Shown here: positions 35,600-44,382 of the stretch, one piece after another
Numbering within the stretch: the first letter of the stretch is position 1
Layout: the number at the start of each line of letters is the position of its first letter
DNA from: a virus
Lineage: Duplodnaviria; Caudoviricetes
IMG/VR virus record: IMGVR_UViG_3300020577_002562
Span: 32,001 to 96,000 of that record
Reading direction: 5' to 3' (one strand)
DNA length: 64,000 nucleotides
Notes under the pieces: generated by a model
Told to the model about the DNA's origin: nothing
Database searches by the model: none
What the model saw: only the letters and a program-made list of their open reading frames with translations
Program-made: the position numbers and the translations under genes

Positions 35600-35943
35600 G
35601 CTTTCCTCGGCAGGATTGGTTGTGGGGGTTGCTTCGTGGTGTAGTGCTTGATCACCATAGCCAGCCAGTCAGGATCCGGGTATACGTTGTGATCTTCGAT
35701 GTAGTGCTTGTATCCGGACGGCCAGGTGAAACCCTTGAACGTGAACTCCTCGCTGCCGTTGATACGACCACAGATGCGACAGCAGGAGAAGCCTCGGTAG
35801 GCAACGCATCTTGCCTCCTTCTCCACGTAGTCAATGGCATCGAGCACCAAAGACTTGTGCATCATTGGAGTACCTGGCTTAGGCTTTAGTAGCTCAGGTT
35901 CATGTGTCGAGTACCAGAAGCCAACCTTCTTTACCGGGTTCAC
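35596..35943 (-). CDS. conserved hypothetical Zn-binding protein
   Basis: YRGFSCCRICG...GS.E......WP.G..HYI..H.V.P. Confidence 0.65.
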   Translation of the reverse strand: MNPVKKVGFWYSTHEPELLKPKPGTPMMHKSLVLDAIDYVEKEARCVAYRGFSCCRICGRINGSEEFTFKGFTWPSGYKHYIEDHNVYPDPDWLAMVIKHYTTKQPPQPILPRKA

Positions 35944-36419
35944 GCCGGATCTCCTTCGTTCAGCAGTTTGAGCAGTTGCTCATTGGACTCGATCACCTTG
36001 GCGCCAGGATAGAAATGCGTCAAATGCTCACGCCACGATTGGAAGTTCTTGTGCGCCGTTCCACAGTGCCTGAAGCTGCATGCGTGCCAGCCCAGTTCCT
36101 TCAGAATCTTCCAGCCGAACATCGCATCGTCGGTCATGAACACGTGGGTATCGGCACCGATTGGGCCGACAGCGTAGCAACAGATGCCACCACTGGACGC
36201 CAGATAGTCTTGACCGGTGTCGCCTGCAGTGCCGAAACGCTTGGGGCCGAACCAAAAGCCATCGACTTCAGCGATGGACAACACGCGCGAGAAGCAGGTG
36301 TCGGGGTGCCGACGGCATTCCATAAACTTGTCAAGTGCGCCGGCCGCTTTGAAGTCTGCCAGCACTTCTTCCTGGCGAGCCTTGGTAGACGAGGTATATA
36401 GCATTTCGAGGGTGATCAT
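35940..36419 (-). CDS. hypothetical protein
   Basis: AGGA RBS. Confidence 0.55.
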   Translation of the reverse strand: MITLEMLYTSSTKARQEEVLADFKAAGALDKFMECRRHPDTCFSRVLSIAEVDGFWFGPKRFGTAGDTGQDYLASSGGICCYAVGPIGADTHVFMTDDAMFGWKILKELGWHACSFRHCGTAHKNFQSWREHLTHFYPGAKVIESNEQLLKLLNEGDPA

Positions 36420-36430
36420 GGTGATTCCTT

Positions 36431-36778
36431 TCAGACGTTGATGCTTTGAAGCGGTTCGATGCGCCCTCCGCTGGTTTTCGACCAGTACGTGAACCGTTTC
36501 ATGTAGCAAGCAGCTTCTAGCACATCCTCGAAGCGGCCGCTCAGGTAGGCCAGCGTTGGTGTATGTGAACTGTGGTAGCTGCCGCTCTGATCATCTCCGA
36601 TGATGCGGAAAACTCCACTCTTTCCCCGACAGTCCACGTAGTAATCTGACAGGTACGGCGTGTCCAGTCGCTTGATGTAGTCGGCCTTGATCTGAGCCGC
36701 GACTTCCGGCGTGACTTTCTTGTCGAACAGATCAGGGTGTTCTTGCTTGAGTTGTTCGAGGTTCATGATGTTCCTCAC
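36431..36778 (-). CDS. hypothetical protein
   Basis: ORF in operon. Confidence 0.55.
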   Translation of the reverse strand: MRNIMNLEQLKQEHPDLFDKKVTPEVAAQIKADYIKRLDTPYLSDYYVDCRGKSGVFRIIGDDQSGSYHSSHTPTLAYLSGRFEDVLEAACYMKRFTYWSKTSGGRIEPLQSINV

Positions 36779-37059
36779 AGTGGATCGTTGATAAGTCGCT
36801 TGAGGGTGCCCTCAAAATCGAGCACGGGATCGTTACCCGACATGCACGGGAAGTCAAAGTTCACCCAAAGTTCGCCATCTTCTTTGTACAGCCGGGCAAA
36901 ACTCTGGTAACCTCGTGCGCTATCGCTAAGATACATGCACCGCCGAGTGCGACTGAAGGTCACCCGTTTGAAGTGACGCTTGGCAAAGTCAACGGTTCGT
37001 TGCATGCATTGGGCTTGCCGTGTGTTTCTGTTCATAGACATGTCGTGTTTACTGTTCAT
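36775..37059 (-). CDS. hypothetical protein
   Basis: ORF in operon. Confidence 0.5.
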   Translation of the reverse strand: MNSKHDMSMNRNTRQAQCMQRTVDFAKRHFKRVTFSRTRRCMYLSDSARGYQSFARLYKEDGELWVNFDFPCMSGNDPVLDFEGTLKRLINDPL

Positions 37060-37094
37060 ATTGACTAGGAAACGAGGTTCCCTTTGCTCCTGTG

Positions 37095-37502
37095 TCAGAT
37101 GTCGATCTTGGGCAGCACGATGCCGCCGAGTTCCAGGGCGCGTTGCGTGGCCTTGCTTTTCAGCCGGATTGCCAAGTCGCGGCGGCGTTGGCTCTCCTGC
37201 TGCATCGCAACCGGAAGTTCACGGGTAGTGAGCATCGTCTCGATCTCTCGGGCATCTGCCAGCAGCAAGGTGGCGCACAGCACCATCTCATTGATCGACA
37301 TCGAAATGGACTCAGGGGCATGCGGCACGTTGCCGACGTAGTCCTTGGAAAAGTCCACTTCTTTGTCTTCAGGGGTGGCTGGCTCATCGATGAAGCAATC
37401 GATGCTGCCGCAGACTTGGCAGCGCCCCCCTTCCGGTTGCTTGCCGGCAGGCAGTTCAGTGAAGCACGAATCGCAGACGGTGCGTACTTGGGTGATGGGC
37501 AT
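37095..37502 (-). CDS. hypothetical protein with N-terminal Zn ribbon
   Basis: CDSC...CQVC. Confidence 0.6.
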   Translation of the reverse strand: MPITQVRTVCDSCFTELPAGKQPEGGRCQVCGSIDCFIDEPATPEDKEVDFSKDYVGNVPHAPESISMSINEMVLCATLLLADAREIETMLTTRELPVAMQQESQRRRDLAIRLKSKATQRALELGGIVLPKIDI

Positions 37503-37514
37503 GATGCGGTCCTT

Positions 37515-37919
37515 TCAGAATGAATTGAACATGGCAGCTTCGGCGGCACGGTCGACCTTGCGACCGTGAACGTCCAAGTCAGTGAACTCGCGCCACAGGG
37601 TGTAGGCCAACTCGGAACTGACGATCATAGGCTCGCTCTGTGAGAGTGCTTGTCTTGCCGCGATGCGGGCGCCGATGACACTTTCCAACTTGGTTGCGTC
37701 TTGTGTGGCAAGCAGACTGTACTTGCTCCATCTGGAGGCAGACAGCCAGCGAACTGCCGACTCCCGAGTTGAGCAAGGAAAGATCCACCGATTCATGGCC
37801 TTCTGGATCTCTACTTCGCGCTGTGCTTGGATACGTTGGTACCGCCGTTCGATCCAGCGATCACAGGCCTTCTCGATTTCGGCTGCTGGGACGTAGAGAT
37901 ATGCGATTGCGCGGTGCAT
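37515..37919 (-). CDS. hypothetical protein
   Basis: ORF in operon. Confidence 0.55.
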   Translation of the reverse strand: MHRAIAYLYVPAAEIEKACDRWIERRYQRIQAQREVEIQKAMNRWIFPCSTRESAVRWLSASRWSKYSLLATQDATKLESVIGARIAARQALSQSEPMIVSSELAYTLWREFTDLDVHGRKVDRAAEAAMFNSF

Positions 37920-38335
37920 CAGTAGACCTCACCGGATTGACGCTTCGCGTCATAGCTGGCGTTCCATTCTGCCTCTGTCGGCTCGAACATGCACGCTTGC
38001 TCTTCGTCCTCCGCGTCGCGGTTCCAGATGAACTTGCAGCCATTGCCGGAGTATTGGTTCTCGTTGCAGTGGCCGGTGTTCGTGCCCGGCGGATGCAGGC
38101 TGGTGCCGAAGTGGTGACTACCGCACAGCGGGCATGTGAAGCCGGGCTGGCGAACGTCGTCCAACTTGAAGACGCGAAAGTCCTGACTACTGAGATGCAT
38201 GGAGTTGCACAGTTCAGTGAACGACGGGTAGGTGCTGGCCCAGACCATCATAGTGAGTGCATGTTCCGGCGAATCGGCCTCGTAGTCGCCGAGTACGGTC
38301 TGGTCCGTGATACGAACGATGCGAAACTTGGGCAT
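37919..38335 (-). CDS. hypothetical protein with Zn ribbon
   Basis: CPLCG...C.......GC; GGAG RBS. Confidence 0.6.
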   Translation of the reverse strand: MPKFRIVRITDQTVLGDYEADSPEHALTMMVWASTYPSFTELCNSMHLSSQDFRVFKLDDVRQPGFTCPLCGSHHFGTSLHPPGTNTGHCNENQYSGNGCKFIWNRDAEDEEQACMFEPTEAEWNASYDAKRQSGEVY

Positions 38336-38344
38336 GTGCTCTCC

Positions 38345-38677
38345 TCAGTTCAAACCCTTGAAGTCGTTGATTGCGGCTGCCGCCACTTGGCATGCCAGTT
38401 CTTCCAGCAGCCTCGGGGTGAGCGGCTCCTTTACTCTCAGAACGTCGTCGGAACCCCAGGTCACGTCAGAGCCATTCAAGCAGTTCCATTGCATCCAGTT
38501 GCGAACAGCGGCCATATGACTACCGCCTTGCTCGGCAAGTTCTGGCGCAGTGGTGTATTGAGACAGCAAGTCCACTTGTTCGGCGATGCTCGCCTTGATG
38601 AAGACTTCGACTTCTGGCGTTGCTTCGCGCAGAAGCTCTAGCGCCTTCAGAATCCGTCGTTGGTTCAGCTTGTTCAT
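38345..38677 (-). CDS. hypothetical protein
   Basis: ORF in operon. Confidence 0.55.
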   Translation of the reverse strand: MNKLNQRRILKALELLREATPEVEVFIKASIAEQVDLLSQYTTAPELAEQGGSHMAAVRNWMQWNCLNGSDVTWGSDDVLRVKEPLTPRLLEELACQVAAAAINDFKGLN

Positions 38678-38683
38678 AGAGGT

Positions 38684-39001
38684 TCATTCCATGGTGATGG
38701 TTTCGGTATTGACGTTATGCGCCCAACCGTCGCGGAACTCGGTGACTTCGATGACGAACGCCAGGCTCTTCCGAGCCAGCATCTTCAACTCGTCGTTGAA
38801 GGTAGGAGGGACGCCGACTTGCTGAGTCCGCCACCGTTGGACGACTTCGGTGCGAGTCGAGGCCAGTGCGGCAGTTGTGTTATTGGGAGTGGTCCACTGC
38901 TTGGCCCAATCTTCCAGACGTTGACGATCACGTTGGCTGATTGCCAACGTATTGGGGATGCACAGAATGTGGCGCACGCCACGGCAAACGAACATGGACA
39001 T
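38684..39001 (-). CDS. hypothetical protein
   Basis: GAGGAG RBS before MSMFV. Confidence 0.5.
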   Translation of the reverse strand: MSMFVCRGVRHILCIPNTLAISQRDRQRLEDWAKQWTTPNNTTAALASTRTEVVQRWRTQQVGVPPTFNDELKMLARKSLAFVIEVTEFRDGWAHNVNTETITME

Positions 39002-39012
39002 GATGTTGCTCC

Positions 39013-39267
39013 TCAGTGGATGGTTTCGTACTGCATGATGTACGCACCATGCGTGCCGAATTCTGGTGCCAGAAAAGCCATGTAGCCATCCGTATGGTGG
39101 GGCCACGGATCTACCGGCACCAGGCTTCCGTAGTCATCGATCAAGTAGCAACCGGGCCACGGGGTGCCAAGCCGGCGATGAAGACCCCACTCGTCATAGT
39201 CAGCAGACGGTGGTGGCATCACGAAGCGGAAACCGACCTCGGCGTAGTGCTTGGAGTAGTCGATCAT
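39013..39267 (-). CDS. hypothetical protein
   Basis: GAGG RBS. Confidence 0.5.
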   Translation of the reverse strand: MIDYSKHYAEVGFRFVMPPPSADYDEWGLHRRLGTPWPGCYLIDDYGSLVPVDPWPHHTDGYMAFLAPEFGTHGAYIMQYETIH

Positions 39268-39294
39268 GTGGACCTCAATCTGAGTGGTGGATGT

Positions 39295-39906
39295 TCAGGC
39301 ATCGATGCAGAAGCCCGCCGACTCGACTCGAACCAGGCCGTCTGCGGTCGTGCTGATCTTAGGTACGCGGTTGTGGATGTCCTCGATGGCTTGATGCAAG
39401 CACATCAAGTTCATCGGACCGGGGTTGTCGATGATGATGTCGATGGGCAGTCGCCAGTACAGTGGGTGCTTCACCTGGTCGAAGCACATCTGCTTCTGCT
39501 CGGCAGAGAACTGGTGATCGGGCTTCAACTCAGGTGGCTGTGCTTGAATGATCGCGGTGATGCCTTTGCCAGCACCAGGCGCCACCATCACGTAGGCGTT
39601 CTGCGCTCGCAGTTGCTCCACGATCTTCTTTTGGTGGAGATGCAGCTTCGGCTTCAACTTGGTTTTCCGGGGGACTGGCGGAGGCGGCGGAACCTCCTCG
39701 AGAATGTTCTGTTCGTTGATCCGCGCATGCGTGATGCCCAACAGAATCAAGATGTTGCGAGCATGGTCCATCGCACGCGGACCATCGTCGTTGCCCTTGG
39801 TGAAATCGCGCACATGCTGGCTCCATTGCGGACCATCGAGGTTGCGCTTCTGGGCAAGTTGCCGCAGTTGATGGATCGAGCATGCAGAAAGAGGGATCTT
39901 GTTCAC
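39295..39906 (-). CDS. modular hypothetical protein (paralogous N-domain plus helicase Q-motif/Walker A-like fragment)
   Basis: N-domain similar to the middle of 40715-41509; LHLHQ...VAPGAGKG. Confidence 0.55.
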   Translation of the reverse strand: MNKIPLSACSIHQLRQLAQKRNLDGPQWSQHVRDFTKGNDDGPRAMDHARNILILLGITHARINEQNILEEVPPPPPVPRKTKLKPKLHLHQKKIVEQLRAQNAYVMVAPGAGKGITAIIQAQPPELKPDHQFSAEQKQMCFDQVKHPLYWRLPIDIIIDNPGPMNLMCLHQAIEDIHNRVPKISTTADGLVRVESAGFCIDA

Positions 39907-40012
39907 TCGGGGTTCTCCAGGTTGATCACTGTGGCATCACGGAACACTTGCCAGTCGTTCATAGGTCCGTGAGGACTCGGCTTGGTGTCTTCCACACCCA
40001 CCGCATGAAACG

Positions 40013-40285
40013 TCAGCTCAGGTAGTGGCTCCGATGGAGACTTGACGCGGAGTCGAGCGAACGCTTCAGCTCGAAGTGGGCCAGCATCTGCTTCACTTCA
40101 TCTTCTGTGAGGTTGAAGGTGGCGCAGACTCCTGTGTTGGTTGCCAGATTGGCGGTGGCGGCTTGCGCCCCAACCACTTCGTACATGCTCCATCCACGGT
40201 CCCACGTGATTGACAACACCAGATAGCGGATGACTTCGTTCTTGCGGGCAGTGGACTTGGTACGAGCGGACTTGGCAGTTTTCAT
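40013..40285 (-). CDS. hypothetical protein
   Basis: ORF in operon. Confidence 0.5.
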   Translation of the reverse strand: MKTAKSARTKSTARKNEVIRYLVLSITWDRGWSMYEVVGAQAATANLATNTGVCATFNLTEDEVKQMLAHFELKRSLDSASSLHRSHYLS

Positions 40286-40286
40286 G

Positions 40287-40682
40287 TCAGAACCCCACGG
40301 AGCGGAGAGATTGAAGATAGACGCGGATGACAACCCACGTGGTCGTGTCGTTCTGCACTCGGCAGTTTTCGATCACGTAGAAGGTCAGAGGCAGCCGAGT
40401 CAGCACTCGGACGATCCAGCTATCGGCACGCAGCACACACTCGAACACGGGCCGCTGCGGCTGGCACAACTTGGCGATTTCCGCCTTCGACAGCAGCCGG
40501 CACTCGGCGGCAGCTTCGACGTAGGTGACTTCACCGAGTCTCGGGCTGCCAAGATACATCGCATTGTAGTGGAAGTGCGGCGTGCCGGGCATGCCGATCT
40601 TCATGAACTTCGGATTCGGCGGGCCGAACCACGTATTGACCAACTCGAACGATTCGCCGACAGGGACTTCACGTACCAACAT
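40287..40682 (-). CDS. hypothetical protein
   Basis: GGAG RBS before MLVREV. Confidence 0.55.
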   Translation of the reverse strand: MLVREVPVGESFELVNTWFGPPNPKFMKIGMPGTPHFHYNAMYLGSPRLGEVTYVEAAAECRLLSKAEIAKLCQPQRPVFECVLRADSWIVRVLTRLPLTFYVIENCRVQNDTTTWVVIRVYLQSLRSVGF

Positions 40683-40714
40683 GGTGTTCTCCAGTGAGTG
40701 TGGATTCTGACGTC

Positions 40715-41509
40715 TCAGGCCAACGCCTTGACTGCTAGACGTGCTGCTGACTTGAGTTGAGCAACCGTCTGCCAATCCAAGGTGCTGTGGAAGATCGAGT
40801 GTCGCATGCAGTCCTCGATTTCCGCCAGCTTCTTCTTGTCGGTCACACAAGTCGCTTCGGAGATGATCTTGGCATAGCCGGTCAGTTTCTGGTCTTTTGG
40901 AGCAATGATCGGCTTCAGGAACTTCGGATTGGAGATGTCCACGCCGGTGACGCCGAGCTTCACCAGGGCCGCATACGTCTTCGTGTAGGCCACCCGGCTC
41001 ACGTTGTCACCGTATATGAAGCCAACGATTGTCTGACTGGGAGACTCGTCCAGCCCCATCGACTTGGCGATGATGCGGAGTTGCTCGCTGCTGCAGGCCG
41101 CCAAGTCGATGATCTTGGCCGACTTGTGCGTCTTGTCGTTGCGGGACGGAGCAGCGTCCGCTGCGTGGACCGTGGACTTGGCGGACTTGACTGCCGTCTT
41201 GCCCTTCGTGACTGCCAGGGCGGCAGCGGCGAACTTCTTGAAGCTGGGGAACGTCTTGCCGGTGAGCGCACCCGCAGCGGCCCCGAAGCTGATCTTGTCG
41301 AAGTGTTCGAGAACAGCCGTCATCGACTTCTTCTCGCTACGTGCCCACATCACGAATGCCTGGTAGATGGAAGTCGGCGCGATCATCGAGAAGCCCAGGG
41401 ACGAGCGCGAGATGTAGAAGTTGACTCGTGCGTCGTTTTCCCAGCGAACCGTGATCGAGCAACGGTCGTGTTGCAGACGAGAAGCGACGGTGACGGGCAT
41501 ATATGACAT
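40715..41509 (-). CDS. modular early hypothetical protein
   Basis: GGAG RBS; three segments joined by Ala/Lys linkers. Confidence 0.65.
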   Translation of the reverse strand: MSYMPVTVASRLQHDRCSITVRWENDARVNFYISRSSLGFSMIAPTSIYQAFVMWARSEKKSMTAVLEHFDKISFGAAAGALTGKTFPSFKKFAAAALAVTKGKTAVKSAKSTVHAADAAPSRNDKTHKSAKIIDLAACSSEQLRIIAKSMGLDESPSQTIVGFIYGDNVSRVAYTKTYAALVKLGVTGVDISNPKFLKPIIAPKDQKLTGYAKIISEATCVTDKKKLAEIEDCMRHSIFHSTLDWQTVAQLKSAARLAVKALA

Positions 41510-41557
41510 GATGTACTCCGATTGACAGTGGTTGACGGTGGGCGGATTGAACGGCGC

Positions 41558-41875
41558 TTACTTCATGCGCAGGCCGGTGACGTGGCACAGATCGCCGGTC
41601 TTGAGCGGGCCGACGGTGCAAGTCGCGCTGTGAGTCAGCACGTCGATTGCTTCTTGCGGAGAAATCAGCCCGGATTCCATTTGTCGGTAGACCGAGCGGA
41701 ACAGGGCACAAATGCGCACGTTGTTGACTTCGCGCATGATCCGCTCCAGGTCGGCCAGCAGACGTTCGTCATCGTGTTCGGCCTCGATCTTCCGCGCCGT
41801 GTGCCAGACAAAGTTGTCGGCCAGAATGATGTGGGCGCCGGTGATCGGCTTGGCAGAATGGGAGACATTGGACAT
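41558..41875 (-). CDS. first early hypothetical protein
   Basis: GGAG RBS; directly downstream of the promoter at 41972-42000. Confidence 0.6.
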   Translation of the reverse strand: MSNVSHSAKPITGAHIILADNFVWHTARKIEAEHDDERLLADLERIMREVNNVRICALFRSVYRQMESGLISPQEAIDVLTHSATCTVGPLKTGDLCHVTGLRMK

Positions 41876-41971
41876 GGTGGTTGCTCCGGGTGGTTCGGGT
41901 AGAAAGGGGCATTCGGATCGCCGTCGAAAATGTAACGATTTGTAACAGACGGTCGGCTACTCCGTGATTCT

Positions 41972-42000
41972 ATTTTAGCACAATCTGGCCGACCATGCAA
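41972..42000 (-). promoter_or_regulatory. sigma70-type early promoter TTGCAT-17-TAAAAT (extended -10)
   Basis: Reverse complement TTGCAT ggtcggccagattgtgc TAAAAT. Confidence 0.75.
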
Positions 42001-42168
42001 GTGCAGATTGTGCAGCGCAGCATGCCTTGTTACAAAACTGACATCAATTTTTTCACTCGTAGAACAGCCCCAAAATCACCCAATTTCTGCGCCATACGCA
42101 GTCAGTCTGCATATGTCTACTTTACAGCGTGCGCCCAGCAATCGGAAAATTACCAGGAATTGCGATAG

Positions 42169-42180
42169 CTAATTTCACTG
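42169..42180 (+). promoter_or_regulatory. candidate late promoter CTAATTTCACTG for the head operon
   Basis: Same motif as at 8652, 11577 and 23934; about 80 bp before the head genes. Confidence 0.45.
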
Positions 42181-42252
42181 TGTCCGCCACGGAAGACCAG
42201 TGCACGGTCAATCGTCGGCGAACATTTCGTCATTCCACAGGAGCCCTAAGAT

Positions 42253-43656
42253 ATGCGCAAGCAACTTGCACTAGAGCGGGCCTCGGTTGTCAGCGCCGCT
42301 GCAAAAGACGGTGACTTGATCGTAATTGCGTCGGCGGAGCCGAAGTACGATCCGAAGGTCGCAACTGCATCGTATCACTGCACCCAGTGCAAGACGGTGT
42401 TTGCGTCCTTGGCGAACTTCCAACCGTTCTGCATCACATGCGGAATGGATGCTGTCGACCCAGTAAGCGAGCAACAAGAGGTTACGCTTCCACCCACCGA
42501 CGAAACCATGTGCGTGAGTACGTGTGATTCGTGCGATGCCAACACGATGATCCCGGTCCACCACGCCAAAGCGTTGTCTGGTTTGATGCACTGCGCAGCT
42601 TGCGGTGCGCAGATCACCTACGCGATGGACGGCGAAGAACCCACGTTGCTGGACGCAGCGGACGAAGACGATCTGCATCAGATCGAAGCAACGGCTGAGA
42701 AGGCTGAGAAGGCTGACACTTCGTTGCCGACTGATCCGCCTGAAGTCATCGACCAGGCGAACGACGATGACGTGATTGAGATGGTCGAAGCCTCCGACGA
42801 TTCGTTGGACGACGCGGGGCAACAATCCCCATTGGATGATGCGATGTCAGAAGATGACGTTGCTACCAACTCTGATCCTGCGGCCGGTGCCACTGATCTG
42901 CAAGTGGCTGCGATTGCCGGTGCCAAGGACGGCGACATTCAACTGTGCAAGCTTGGTGACGCCACGATGGCTTTTGTGGGGGAGACGCATGTCGCCACTC
43001 TCCACAAGTCGGACATGAGTCCTGAAGTTGCTGCGCTCGATCTGGCATCGCTGCAAGATGCGGTGATCCACAGCACTGAACGTGAAGGACTGCGTGCTAC
43101 GCTTGCGGCCCTTGGCTTTCAGCTTGCGAAAGTGAAGTTCTCTGTCAAGAAGACTGTCAAGGCGGCGCTGGAAACTCAGCTCAAGTCTGAGCGTTCGGCA
43201 ATCGAACAAGCCTCGGCGAAGATGCAAGAGCGTTTCGAGCAATCGCTGAAGCTGGCCGCGATGGCAATCGCCCGCAACGCAGCGCCAAAGACCTACGTGA
43301 ATCCGATCCGCGATTCACTGGTCGAAACGTTGGCGTCAGCGGGTGTGCAATCGCCTAAGCATGTGGTTGACACAGCGCTGGCGACTTCGCTTGATAGCTA
43401 CAACCGAAACCTGATTCAGTACGCAACTGAGTTGTTCTCCAAGAGCGACGAGGTTCGCAACGAACTGGCAGCGACCATCGGGAACGTAGGCATCTACCAA
43501 GAAACCTCTTCGGAACAAGACGGCACAGTTCTGCCGTTCAGACCAGCAAGCTCTGGTGAAAAACCAGGGAAAACCTCAGCGACTGCGGCAGTGAACACTG
43601 TACGTGCGTCAGCGGTAGCAAGTGTTCGTGGCACATTCGGGCGTGCCGCCCTGTAA
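42253..43656 (+). CDS. putative prohead scaffold/core protein with N-terminal Zn ribbons
   Basis: Four CxxC pairs, acidic linker, coiled-coil C-half; two genes upstream of the capsid gene. Confidence 0.6.
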   Translation: MRKQLALERASVVSAAAKDGDLIVIASAEPKYDPKVATASYHCTQCKTVFASLANFQPFCITCGMDAVDPVSEQQEVTLPPTDETMCVSTCDSCDANTMIPVHHAKALSGLMHCAACGAQITYAMDGEEPTLLDAADEDDLHQIEATAEKAEKADTSLPTDPPEVIDQANDDDVIEMVEASDDSLDDAGQQSPLDDAMSEDDVATNSDPAAGATDLQVAAIAGAKDGDIQLCKLGDATMAFVGETHVATLHKSDMSPEVAALDLASLQDAVIHSTEREGLRATLAALGFQLAKVKFSVKKTVKAALETQLKSERSAIEQASAKMQERFEQSLKLAAMAIARNAAPKTYVNPIRDSLVETLASAGVQSPKHVVDTALATSLDSYNRNLIQYATELFSKSDEVRNELAATIGNVGIYQETSSEQDGTVLPFRPASSGEKPGKTSATAAVNTVRASAVASVRGTFGRAAL

Positions 43657-43674
43657 CAATCTCGGAGATCATCC

Positions 43675-44364
43675 ATGATTCTTTTCCCTAACACCAAGAT
43701 CATTGAGGCGGTGGAGCGTCCTGTAGCTTCTGGACAAACCGTTGACCAAGAAGGTCGTGCTCTCGTAGGTCTGCTGACGGCTGGCGTCTTTGGCGTCAAG
43801 TTCGCAGCGGGTTCCGGTTCGGAGTCGTTCGTCGGCGTGTCGGTCAATACACCGGCGGTGCTGACGCGCATTCCGATCATCGAAGACAAGGTGCAGTCGT
43901 CTGCCAACACCATCGTCATCTCGCAAACACCTAGTGCTTCGACGCTGCGTGTGCAGAACATGACGACTGGTACAGTGCAGGCCGCTGGCAACCCCAGCAA
44001 CGCGAACGAGTACAGCATCAGCGGTACCACGATCACGTTGAACTCGGCCGGTACAGGCCAGTCGATCCGCGTGTGGTACGCCTACGCGCCGACAACCGTG
44101 CAAGCCGTGGCGCTGTTCGGCAATACGCATCCAGGCGGCCAAGCTGGTCTGGTGCTCGGCCAAGTGGGCGTCATCACTCGTGGTGACGTGTACACTTGCG
44201 AGTTTGACACCACGCAAGACTGGGTCACTGGTGGCACGGTCAAGCTGGCGGCGAACGGTCTGTTCACCTTGACTGGTGGCGGCAACTCCCTCACCAACGT
44301 GTCGATCATCAGTGTGCCGTCCATCGGCTCTGGTGTGCCGGCCCTTGGCCTCCAAATCCGCTGA
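43675..44364 (+). CDS. putative capsid decoration/cement protein
   Basis: Beta-rich; immediately upstream of the MCP; strongly biased codons. Confidence 0.6.
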   Translation: MILFPNTKIIEAVERPVASGQTVDQEGRALVGLLTAGVFGVKFAAGSGSESFVGVSVNTPAVLTRIPIIEDKVQSSANTIVISQTPSASTLRVQNMTTGTVQAAGNPSNANEYSISGTTITLNSAGTGQSIRVWYAYAPTTVQAVALFGNTHPGGQAGLVLGQVGVITRGDVYTCEFDTTQDWVTGGTVKLAANGLFTLTGGGNSLTNVSIISVPSIGSGVPALGLQIR

Positions 44365-44382
44365 TAGACGAGGTAACCAGCA

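Noticed and set aside
30839-41506. Long + strand ORFs in the early island (30839-31774, 37694-38641, 39016-39972, 40757-41506)
   Set aside because: Antisense shadows of tightly packed minus-strand genes that have RBSs and promoters
42040-42250. tRNA or structured ncRNA in the larger intergenic gaps (also 30340-30420, 24550-24600)
   Set aside because: No cloverleaf, T-loop (GTTCRA) or riboswitch consensus recognised; explained as promoter/leader regions. An Infernal search would be needed to exclude this fully.
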